A stretch of DNA of 64,000 nucleotides, taken from positions 1,021,821-1,085,820 of the forward strand of contig CBDCPC010000002.1 in assembly GCA_965220035.1 (NCBI GenBank). Reading direction: 5' to 3'. The stretch comes from Acidimicrobiales bacterium. Its GTDB lineage: Bacteria > Actinomycetota > Acidimicrobiia > Acidimicrobiales > CATQHL01. The translations under genes were made by a program, and so were the position numbers. Positions 1 to 8,044 of the stretch are shown here, piece after piece. The notes below the pieces were generated by a model. It had not been told where the DNA came from, searched no databases, and worked only from the letters and a program-made list of their open reading frames with translations. How positions within the stretch are numbered: position 1 is the first letter of the stretch; every line of letters starts with the position of its first letter.

Positions 1-133
1 AGTGGCGCATCGCATCTACGTCTTCCGCGACGGGCGCCTGGTCGGGGAGTTCGCCGCTGCGGACGCCACGAAGTCGTCACTGCTCGCCAGCGCTTTCGGC
101 ACCATCGCCGGCTCCCGGGGCGACACGGGATGA
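1..133 (+). CDS. ABC transporter ATP-binding protein, C-terminal fragment (continues upstream of window)
   Basis: In-frame coding tail ...VFRDGRLVGEFAAADATKSSLLASAFGT ending in TGA at 131-133. It overlaps the permease ATG (ATGA), which is the typical ATPase-permease arrangement. Confidence 0.45.
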   Translation, partial: VAHRIYVFRDGRLVGEFAAADATKSSLLASAFGTIAGSRGDTG

Positions 134-1146
134 CCTCGATGCCACGGTCATCGCCGCCCGACCGCACGGGACCTGCAACGACGCTCCGATCCGCCGCGCT
201 GCGCGGCCTCAGCCGCTACGGGATCGTCGTGGCCTTCGTCCTGCTGATCGTCGCCGTCGCCGCCCAGAGCGACCGCTTTCTCACGAAGCAGAACTGGCTC
301 AACCTGCTCGACCAAGCGGCGCCTCTCGGACTCATCGCCGTGGGCGTGACGTTGTGCATCGTCGCCGGGATCTTCGATCTCTCGACCGGCGCCATCTTCG
401 CGGTGGCCGCCGTCACCGCTGCCAAGGTCGCCGCCATCGACCCGTGGCTCGGCATCGTCGTCGGCGTCGGCGTCGGCGCGGTCGCCGGCCTTGTGAACGC
501 CGCGGTGATGCTCACAACCGGCGTCAACTCGTTCATCGGAACACTCTCGACCAGCATCGTCTTCCGGGGTATCGCGCTGCTGACGACCAGCGGCCTCATC
601 GTCTCGGTGGCCGATGCCGACTACAAGATCCTCGGGACTCGGACATTCGCTGACGCCAAGCTCACGGCCTGGATCTTCGCGGCGGTCGCCGTGACCGGTG
701 GGCTCGCTCTGGCACGAACGACCCTCGGGCGCTCGCTGTACGCCATCGGCGGGAACGCCCAGGCGGCTCGCCTCGTGGGGATCCGGGTCGGCGCGGTACA
801 GACGATCGTCTACGCCTTCTCGGGTACGTGCGCGGGTCTCGCGGGGGTTCTCACCTCGAGTCGCACCGGCTCGGCACAGGCCGACATCGGCATCGGGCTC
901 GAGCTCTCGGCCATCACGGCGGTGGTGGTTGGGGGCACCAGCATCTTCGGCGGCGAGGGAGCCGTCTGGCGAACCGTCGTGGGCGTGATGCTCCTGCAGA
1001 CCATCGGCAACGCCTTCAACCTGCTCGGGATGGACCCCACCTACAAGCAGGTGGTGCAGGGGATCCTCGTGCTCCTCGCCGTTTCCATCGACCACTTCGG
1101 GCAGCGGCGCGGCTTCCGCGCCGGCAGGAGGAAGTCCGATGACTGA
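130..1146 (+). CDS. ABC transporter permease (RbsC/sugar-type, ~10 TM)
   Basis: 338 aa, hydrophobic throughout. The conserved permease segment reads ...LDQAAPLGLIAVGVTLCIVAGIFDLSTGAIFAVAA... The start overlaps the upstream stop. Confidence 0.8.
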   Translation: MTSMPRSSPPDRTGPATTLRSAALRGLSRYGIVVAFVLLIVAVAAQSDRFLTKQNWLNLLDQAAPLGLIAVGVTLCIVAGIFDLSTGAIFAVAAVTAAKVAAIDPWLGIVVGVGVGAVAGLVNAAVMLTTGVNSFIGTLSTSIVFRGIALLTTSGLIVSVADADYKILGTRTFADAKLTAWIFAAVAVTGGLALARTTLGRSLYAIGGNAQAARLVGIRVGAVQTIVYAFSGTCAGLAGVLTSSRTGSAQADIGIGLELSAITAVVVGGTSIFGGEGAVWRTVVGVMLLQTIGNAFNLLGMDPTYKQVVQGILVLLAVSIDHFGQRRGFRAGRRKSDD

Positions 1147-2245
1147 CGATGTTCTCCGGCAACGATGGAACGGAGTCCGCCGGCGCGCCGCCGGCGCGGG
1201 TGCAGACGCCATCCTGCTCGCCGGGGGCTCGGACCTCGCCTACCTGACGGGCTACGAGGCGATGCCCCTAGAGCGGATCACGGCATTCGTCGGGCTGGTA
1301 GGAGAAACCGAGGAGACACCGGGGCTGATCGTGCCCACCTTCGAGATCCCGCGGGTGCGGTCGAGGCCGGATCTCTTCACGATCCTCGGGTGGGACGACA
1401 CGACCGACCCCGTCGCGGTCATCGCACGCCGCCTGCCCGAAACGGGCACGGTGCTCGTCTCCGACGACCTGTGGGCGATGCACGTGCTCAACCTCGGACT
1501 GCGGTCGCCCGGGTTGTCGCTCGTGGCTCTGGGCGACACTCTCGGGGGACTCCGGTCCGTCAAGGCGCCCGCCGAGCTGGCTGCCATCGCCGCGGCGGGC
1601 GCGCTGGCCGACGAGGTTGCGGGGCAACTTCAGGACGGCGCCATCCCGCTGGTAGGACGCAGCGAGTCCGACGTGGCGGCCGACATCGCCGGTCGGCTCC
1701 TAGCGGTCGGGCACGACCGTGTCGAGTTCGTGATCGTTGCCTCCGGACCCAACTCTGCCAGCCCGCACCACCACCCGGGAGAGCGTGTGATCGGGCCGGC
1801 TGAGATGGTGCTGTGCGACTTCGGCGGCAAGCACAAGGGTTACTGCAGCGACGTGACGCGCTGCGTCTGGACCGGCCCGGCGCCGGCTGACGTAAGCGCC
1901 GCCTACGACGCGCTGCACACGGCCCAGGAGCGCGCTGTGCGAGCCGTTCAGGTCGGGAATCGACTCTGCAACGTTGACTGTGCAGCGCGCGACGTCCTAC
2001 GGGCGGCGGGCTACGGCGAGTACTTCACTCACCGTACGGGTCACGGAATCGGCACCGAGGTGCACGAACACCCCTACGTCACCGAGCACAACACCGCGCC
2101 GATCGAACTCGGCCACGCCTTCAGCGTCGAGCCCGGGATCTATGTGCCCGGCCGGTGGGGAATGCGCATCGAGGACATCGTCGTGGTGGAGCCCGGCGGT
2201 GCCCGGCGGTGCAACAACGCCAGCCGTGAGCTCGCCGAAGTCTGA
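1139..2245 (+). CDS. M24 family Xaa-Pro aminopeptidase/dipeptidase
   Basis: 368 aa. It carries the metal-ligand motifs of the M24 (pita-bread) fold: ...DFGGKHKGYCSDVTR..., HRTGHGIGTEVHEHPY, SVEPGIY. Its start overlaps the permease stop (ATGACTGA). Confidence 0.8.
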   Translation: MTDDVLRQRWNGVRRRAAGAGADAILLAGGSDLAYLTGYEAMPLERITAFVGLVGETEETPGLIVPTFEIPRVRSRPDLFTILGWDDTTDPVAVIARRLPETGTVLVSDDLWAMHVLNLGLRSPGLSLVALGDTLGGLRSVKAPAELAAIAAAGALADEVAGQLQDGAIPLVGRSESDVAADIAGRLLAVGHDRVEFVIVASGPNSASPHHHPGERVIGPAEMVLCDFGGKHKGYCSDVTRCVWTGPAPADVSAAYDALHTAQERAVRAVQVGNRLCNVDCAARDVLRAAGYGEYFTHRTGHGIGTEVHEHPYVTEHNTAPIELGHAFSVEPGIYVPGRWGMRIEDIVVVEPGGARRCNNASRELAEV

Positions 2246-2345
2246 CCCGAGCGGGGCAGGACGGTTCGCGCTCGAGACGAGCGAACCAACCGACCGGGGG
2301 AACAACCCGACCGGTGATCCGCTGGCCGCCCTCGCCGGGCGCGCC

Positions 2346-5300
2346 GTGGAGCAGGTGGGGATATGGCTCGAGGCGGCCCGCCGCACCGAGACCCCGGCCG
2401 AACGGGACGCCATCGACCGCCTGTCCGGGCTCGTGGCCGACGATGAGGGGCTCCGCTTCGCCATGCGGTTCGTGGACAGGGTCGCCAGACCGGAGAGCCG
2501 CCGGGCTGCGGCGCGTCAACTGACCGATCTCGTGAGCGAGCAGCCGCTGCCCCGCTTCCTATCGCCCGTCGACAGGGCGCTCCTGCGCGCCGGAGCGCAT
2601 CTCGCGCCGATCCTGCCGGGAGTCGTCATGCCGCTCACAGAGCGCCGCCTCCGGGGATTGGTGGGCCACCTGGTCGTGGATTCGGCCCCAGGAACGATGG
2701 CCGCACACCTGCGGGGCCGGCGTCACGAGGGATTCCGGCTCAACGTGAACCTCTTGGGCGAAGCCGTTCTCGGGGAGGCCGAGGCGGATCGCCGTCACAA
2801 CGAGGTGCTGCGGCTACTGGAGGTACCCGACGTCGACTACGTCTCGGTCAAGGTCTCGGCTGTCGCCAGCCAGCTCAACTACTGGGATGACGATGGAAGC
2901 CTGAAGCGCGTGGTCGATCGGTTGCGACCGCTGTTCACCAAGGCCGCCGCTACCCGCCCGGCGACGTTCGTGAACCTCGACATGGAGGAGTACCACGACC
3001 TCGAACTCACGATGGCCGCCTTCATGGCGGTGCTGGACGAGCCGGAGTTGCACTCGCTCGACGCCGGAATCGTGCTGCAGGCCTACCTTCCGGACTCGTT
3101 CGAGGCTCTCCAGAGGTTGCAGGCGTGGGCTTCGGAGCGTCAGCGCCGGGTCGTCGGCGGCCGGCGCGGGGGGACGACCAAGATCCGTCTCGTCAAGGGG
3201 GCGAACCTGGCGATGGAGCAGGTGGACGCGGCGATGCACGGCTGGGAGCAGGCCACCTACCCGACCAAGGCCGAGACGGACGCCAACTACAAGCGCTGCC
3301 TCGACTGGGTGCTCACCGCCGAACGAACCCTGGGCATCCGGGTGGGCATCGGCAGCCACAACCTGTTCGACGTGGCGTTCGCCGGCCTGCTGGCCGCCGA
3401 CCGGGGCGTTCGGGACAGGGTCGAGTTCGAGATGCTCGAGGGGATGGCGCCGGCGCACGCCCGGGTGGTGCGAGACGGCGCCGGCGGGCTGCTGCTGTAC
3501 ACGCCGGTCGTGGCCCCGGCCGACTTCGACGTCGCCATCAGCTACTTGTTCCGGCGGCTGGAGGAGAACGCCACCGACGAGAACTTCATCCATCGCCTGT
3601 TCGGAATGGCCCCGGACAGCGAGTCGATGCGACTGGAGGCAGCACGGTTCCGGGCCGCGGTGCGTGGCCGCTGGGCGGTGAGTTGTGGTCCTCGCCGGAC
3701 GCAGCGGCGCGACGAGAACGGCTCGGCAGTCGCCCCTGGCCGAGGTGGAACACCAACCGGCGGTACGTCGAGTGCCGCCCCGACCCAACACGGCCGTGGG
3801 GGAACGGAGCACAGCCCATTTTCCAACGAGCCCGACACGGACCCTTCCCTGCCTGCCAACCGGGCCTGGGCGCGGCGGGTCATCGCGAGGCTTCCGGGAC
3901 CTCCACGAACGCCGATCGTGGACGACATCGGCGTCGTCGACGCGGTGCTCGCAGCGGTGGTGGCCGGCGCGACGGCCTGGCGCGGCCGCTCGACCCAGCA
4001 GCGCAGGTCGACCCTGCGGAGCATCGCGACCGAACTCGCCCATCGCCGGGGGGACCTGATCAGCGCGATGGTCCATGAGGCGAACAAGACTTTCGCCGAA
4101 GCCGACGCGGAGGTGTCTGAGGCCGTCGACTTCGCGCGCTACTACGGCGATCGTGCGCTCGACCTCGACGGCGTACCTGGGGCCCGCTTCGAACCACTGG
4201 GCGTCGTGGCCGTCGTCCCCCCTTGGAACTTTCCCGTGGCCATACCCGCCGGCGGAGTGGCCGCCGCGCTCGCCGCGGGCAATGCGGTCGTGCTCAAGCC
4301 TGCACCGGAGACGCCACGATGCGCGGAGATCGTGGCCGAGTGCTGCCAGGCCGGCGGTGCCGACACCGACGTCGTCCATTACCTCCGCGTTCCGGACAGC
4401 GAGACCGGACGCCACCTCATCGGCCATCCCGATATCGGCGGCGTCATCCTGACAGGTTCACTCCAGACCGCCGACCTGTTCGGATCCTGGCGCCCGGACC
4501 TCCGCCTGTTCGCCGAGACTTCCGGTAAGAACGCCCTCGTCATCACCCCCAGCGCCGACATAGATCTTGCTGCGGCCGACCTGATCACCTCGGCGTTCGG
4601 TCACAGCGGCCAGAAGTGCTCGGCCGCGAGCCTTGCCATCTGCGTCGGCGAGGTCTACGAGTCGCCGCGCCTCAGGCGTCAGCTCGTCGATGCTGCCAGG
4701 AGTCTCGAGGTGGGATCGGCCGCACGCTTGTCGACGGTGCTCGGCCCGACGATCCTCGAACCCTCGGGCAAGCTGTTGCGAGCCCTGACACAACTCGACG
4801 ACGGTGAGGAATGGCTGCTGGAGCCGCGGCGGCTCGGGCCGGGGCTCTGGTCGCCGGGCATCCGGGTGGGCGTCCGGCCCGGCTCCTGGTTCGGCCGGAC
4901 CGAGTGCTTCGGACCCGTGCTGGGCATCATGCGGGCGGAGACGCTCGCCGAGGCGGTGGGGTTACAGAACGGCTCACCGTACGGTCTCACCGGCGGCATT
5001 CACTCGCTCGACGACGGGGAAGTGGATTACTGGCTGGAACGGGTGGAGGTCGGCAACGCCTACGTGAACCGACCGATCACCGGTGCGATCGTGCGGCGCC
5101 AGCCGTTCGGCGGATGGAAGCGTTCCTCGGTCGGACCGGGAGCGAAGGCCGGCGGCCCCAACTACGTGGCGCAACTGGGCACCTGGCAGCCGAGCGATCC
5201 GGATCCGGACGACGAGACGTGGCTCGCTCGCGCCGAGGACGCCGACGAGGAGGCGTGGGGGGTCGAATTCGATCGCGGGCACGACCCCACGGGACTGTTC

Positions 5301-5663
5301 TGCGAGTCCAACGTCTTCCGCTACCGCCCACTGTCACGTGTCGCCGTCCGCATAGAGGCTGCGCTGCGTCCGGCCGACGTCGCCCGCACGCTCAGTGCAG
5401 CCAGTCGTTGCGGCTGCGAGGTGATCGTGTCCGACGCCGGTGACGAGAGCACCGGGGAGTTCGCCGGGCGGCTAGCCGACCTCGGTGTCGAGCGCGTGCG
5501 GGTGGTCGGCCCTGCCCCCGAGTCCCTCCGGGCCGCCGCGCGTGCCGCCAGGGTCCACCTCGCTGACGATCCTGTGACGAGATCGGGTCGCGTCGAATTG
5601 CTCCACTACCTGCGCGAGCAGACCATCAGCCGCACCACGCACCGCTACGGCAACCTGGTCTAG
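2346..5663 (+). CDS. putA: Bifunctional proline dehydrogenase / 1-pyrroline-5-carboxylate dehydrogenase PutA
   Basis: The maximal ORF 1974..5663 overlaps the peptidase gene. The protein has a PRODH domain (..VNLLGEAVLGEAEADRRH.., ..RLVKGANLAMEQ..) followed by an ALDH domain (..FNEPDTDPSL.., ..VPPWNFPVAI.., ..GHSGQKCSAAS..). The start was placed at the first in-frame GTG after the upstream stop (2346; 2355 is an alternative). Confidence 0.8.
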   Translation: MEQVGIWLEAARRTETPAERDAIDRLSGLVADDEGLRFAMRFVDRVARPESRRAAARQLTDLVSEQPLPRFLSPVDRALLRAGAHLAPILPGVVMPLTERRLRGLVGHLVVDSAPGTMAAHLRGRRHEGFRLNVNLLGEAVLGEAEADRRHNEVLRLLEVPDVDYVSVKVSAVASQLNYWDDDGSLKRVVDRLRPLFTKAAATRPATFVNLDMEEYHDLELTMAAFMAVLDEPELHSLDAGIVLQAYLPDSFEALQRLQAWASERQRRVVGGRRGGTTKIRLVKGANLAMEQVDAAMHGWEQATYPTKAETDANYKRCLDWVLTAERTLGIRVGIGSHNLFDVAFAGLLAADRGVRDRVEFEMLEGMAPAHARVVRDGAGGLLLYTPVVAPADFDVAISYLFRRLEENATDENFIHRLFGMAPDSESMRLEAARFRAAVRGRWAVSCGPRRTQRRDENGSAVAPGRGGTPTGGTSSAAPTQHGRGGTEHSPFSNEPDTDPSLPANRAWARRVIARLPGPPRTPIVDDIGVVDAVLAAVVAGATAWRGRSTQQRRSTLRSIATELAHRRGDLISAMVHEANKTFAEADAEVSEAVDFARYYGDRALDLDGVPGARFEPLGVVAVVPPWNFPVAIPAGGVAAALAAGNAVVLKPAPETPRCAEIVAECCQAGGADTDVVHYLRVPDSETGRHLIGHPDIGGVILTGSLQTADLFGSWRPDLRLFAETSGKNALVITPSADIDLAAADLITSAFGHSGQKCSAASLAICVGEVYESPRLRRQLVDAARSLEVGSAARLSTVLGPTILEPSGKLLRALTQLDDGEEWLLEPRRLGPGLWSPGIRVGVRPGSWFGRTECFGPVLGIMRAETLAEAVGLQNGSPYGLTGGIHSLDDGEVDYWLERVEVGNAYVNRPITGAIVRRQPFGGWKRSSVGPGAKAGGPNYVAQLGTWQPSDPDPDDETWLARAEDADEEAWGVEFDRGHDPTGLFCESNVFRYRPLSRVAVRIEAALRPADVARTLSAASRCGCEVIVSDAGDESTGEFAGRLADLGVERVRVVGPAPESLRAAARAARVHLADDPVTRSGRVELLHYLREQTISRTTHRYGNLV

Positions 5664-5690
5664 GGCCCGCACCCAGACCCCAGGGGGTGC

Positions 5691-6248
5691 TCAGCCGCGC
5701 TCGGGCCCCCTGGCGATGAGGACGCGCGAGTCGAGGGACGCGCCAAGGACGTGCCGGGCGACACGCTCGGTGTCGAGGGTGTCGCCTCCCTCCAGACGCA
5801 CCTCGGCACCGTCTGCGACCACCCGGATATCACCCTCGAGGGAATGGACGAGAACGTCGGCAAGAGCCGGATTATCGATGACGTGGATCCCGTCACCGGG
5901 GAGATGCACCAACTCGATCCGGAGTTCGAGTTCCGGATGGGAGAGCACTATCGAGGTACCCGGCTGCACCCCGGCAATGGAGCCGCCGCGAACGTGATGG
6001 CCGCCGATGCGCGGCAGCAGTTCGGTGATCGTGAGATCCAGAGCCCGCACAATCCGCAGCAGGACCGGCAGGGAGACCTGGCAGACGCCGTTCTCGATGT
6101 CGCTGAGGTGGCTGGTCGACACCTCTGCCTCGACGGCGACCTCGCTCAGCACCTTGCCCAGTTCGTTGCGCCGCTCCGCGAGCCGTACGCCGACCTCGTG
6201 GCTGATCCGGCGGAAGGAGTCCCGCGCATCTACCGGCTGGGCCATCAC
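5691..6248 (-). CDS. XRE-family transcriptional regulator with C-terminal cupin domain (PuuR-like)
   Basis: 185 aa. The N-terminal HTH_3 reads (..LSEVAVEAEVSTSHLSDIENG..LPVLLRIVRALD..) and the C-terminal cupin β-barrel reads (..VIDNPALADVLVHSLEGDIRVVADGAEVRLEGGDTL..). Confidence 0.7.
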   Translation of the reverse strand: MMAQPVDARDSFRRISHEVGVRLAERRNELGKVLSEVAVEAEVSTSHLSDIENGVCQVSLPVLLRIVRALDLTITELLPRIGGHHVRGGSIAGVQPGTSIVLSHPELELRIELVHLPGDGIHVIDNPALADVLVHSLEGDIRVVADGAEVRLEGGDTLDTERVARHVLGASLDSRVLIARGPERG

Positions 6249-6261
6249 TCTCAGACCCTCG

Positions 6262-6834
6262 CTAGAAGATTGCCGGGCTGACGACCCACAGGACCGCAGC
6301 CTCGGTCGGACTCGTCACTTCGATCGTGTGCTCCTCGTGCGATCCGTAGTGCAGCCAGTCGTTCACATCCAGTTCGTGCGGCTCGCCGCCCAGCGTCAGG
6401 CGCACCGAGCCGGCGAGCACGAGGCCGAACCGCTCGCCGAAGTGGCGGAAGCGCTGCGGCGGCTCGCCCGGCGGGAGGCGGTGCACGAGCGCCGTGTAAG
6501 CCCCCTCGTTGCCGTGCGCGCCAAGGATCGTGTAATGGTGCGAGGGCTCGTCGCTGCTCGACAACCCGGTGCGCAACCCCAGGCGCTCCTCCGATCGCGT
6601 GATGTGCAGCCGCGGCCCGGCGGCCTGCTCGAACAGCACCGCCATCTCCACACCCAGCGCCGCCGCCACAGTGGCGAGCCCGGACAATGACGGCACCGAC
6701 TCGCCCCGCTCGATCTGCGACAGGTACGAACTCGTGTAACCCGTGACGTCGGCGAGGCGCCGCAGCGTGAGACCACGGGCGGCTCGCAATTCGGCCAGAT
6801 TGCGCCCGACGACCTGGAGTTCGACCTCCTCCAC
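6262..6834 (-). CDS. XRE-family regulator with cupin domain (tandem paralog)
   Basis: 190 aa with the same architecture: (..LRRLADVTGYTSSYLSQIERGESVPSLSGLATVAAALG..) plus a cupin (..HHYTILGAHGNEGAYTALVHRLPPGE..GLVLAGSVRLTLGGEPHELDVNDWLHY..). It sits immediately upstream of the other copy on the same strand. Confidence 0.7.
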   Translation of the reverse strand: MEEVELQVVGRNLAELRAARGLTLRRLADVTGYTSSYLSQIERGESVPSLSGLATVAAALGVEMAVLFEQAAGPRLHITRSEERLGLRTGLSSSDEPSHHYTILGAHGNEGAYTALVHRLPPGEPPQRFRHFGERFGLVLAGSVRLTLGGEPHELDVNDWLHYGSHEEHTIEVTSPTEAAVLWVVSPAIF

Positions 6835-7253
6835 CCCGGCGAGTCTATTGATCGCCGACAGAGCAGCAGGCCCGCAGCGCCCGTCACGGACCGCAGGATG
6901 CGCCGCTCATCAGGATCGCCTCGGCCACAGAGGACGACCAGATCCTCCGGGCTGATGACCTGCGAAGCGCGCAGACTCACGCGGATGACGCCATGGCAAT
7001 CGGCGTGGAGATCTGCTCTCGGGACTTGCCGGACCTGCCATGGCTGGGGCGTGGCTTCGGCTGTTTCGTGGAGCGCCGTCTGGAGGGTCGTCGAAGTGGC
7101 GCCCCAATGGCGTGTCATGTGCATCTCGGCGGCACAGCCCCGGACGAACCCGAACCACGCGAATCCGGGAACTGCGCCTGTCCGTCGAGGACGCAGACGA
7201 CGAGCGTCGTCTGACGCTGCGCCTCGAAAGGACGGAGCCGGAAGAGCCGTTCG

Positions 7254-7637
7254 CTACAACCCCACGACTACAACGTCCTGGGAGTATTCGGCGAGAGCGC
7301 GCAAGTCGCCGGAATCTGACGTGAGCACCGAACCACCCGGCTCGGCCACAGCGACGACCAACGCGTCGACCGCTGACCCCCGCCGAGCCAGTGAACGAAG
7401 ACGGGCTGCCCGCCTGGCAACCCGCTCGCCGATCCCTTCGAGAACGTCGCAGGTCTTGAGCAGCCGATTCGTCGGCGCGTCCCTGGCCGGGTCACCCTGC
7501 AAGCACTCGATGAGTACGGGAGATGGTACGACGGGCGGCCAGAGCCCGTTCCGCCGAAACTCCTCCATCAAAGCAACTGCCCGGCTGGTCCGGGCGGCCA
7601 GGAAGGAGACAGCCCCCGAATCGAGGACTAGTGCCAA
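7254..7637 (-). CDS. vapC: PIN-domain toxin VapC
   Basis: 127 aa, MALVLDSGAV...; the acidic residue spacing fits PIN. Its start is adjacent to and overlapping the stop of the upstream small RHH gene. Confidence 0.7.
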   Translation of the reverse strand: MALVLDSGAVSFLAARTSRAVALMEEFRRNGLWPPVVPSPVLIECLQGDPARDAPTNRLLKTCDVLEGIGERVARRAARLRSLARRGSAVDALVVAVAEPGGSVLTSDSGDLRALAEYSQDVVVVGL

Positions 7638-7886
7638 TCAGCTCGCAATCCGGTCGGCGCGGCCAACCAGCCGCCTAACCAACTCCTGTGCCCAGGCGGT
7701 GTCCGCCGGATCAAGCGTTCCCACTTCCGCCAGCAACTCCGTGAGGTAGTCCTCTCCGGCTTGGGCGAGCCGCCGACGCTTGAGTTCCACCCGCACAGCC
7801 TCCTGCAGCAATTCGGACGCGGGGAGACCCTGAGCCTTCACCTCGGCGTATAGATCGTCCGGTAGATACACCTGCATCCGCGGCAT
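7638..7886 (-). CDS. vapB: VapB-like ribbon-helix-helix antitoxin
   Basis: 82 aa, MPRMQVYLPDDLYAEVKAQGLPASELLQEAVRVELKRRRL. This is an RHH/CopG-like fold, immediately upstream of and contiguous with vapC. Confidence 0.6.
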   Translation of the reverse strand: MPRMQVYLPDDLYAEVKAQGLPASELLQEAVRVELKRRRLAQAGEDYLTELLAEVGTLDPADTAWAQELVRRLVGRADRIAS

Positions 7887-8044
7887 ACGTCTAACTATAC
7901 ATACAGAGGCTCACGACGACGACGGCACCTCCTCCGATCAGACCGGCTCGGACCCGAGCGGGGAACGCTGACCGGGGACATCCGGCGACGAGTTCACGAT
8001 CCGGTTCGCTCTCGATTCCGGACCCCGCCCGGAAGGATGGCTCT

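Noticed and set aside
1974-2345. Upstream extension of the putA maximal ORF
   Set aside because: It overlaps the 3' part of the M24 peptidase gene in another frame and translates to low-complexity S/T/P-rich sequence. The PutA-like sequence begins only after the peptidase stop.
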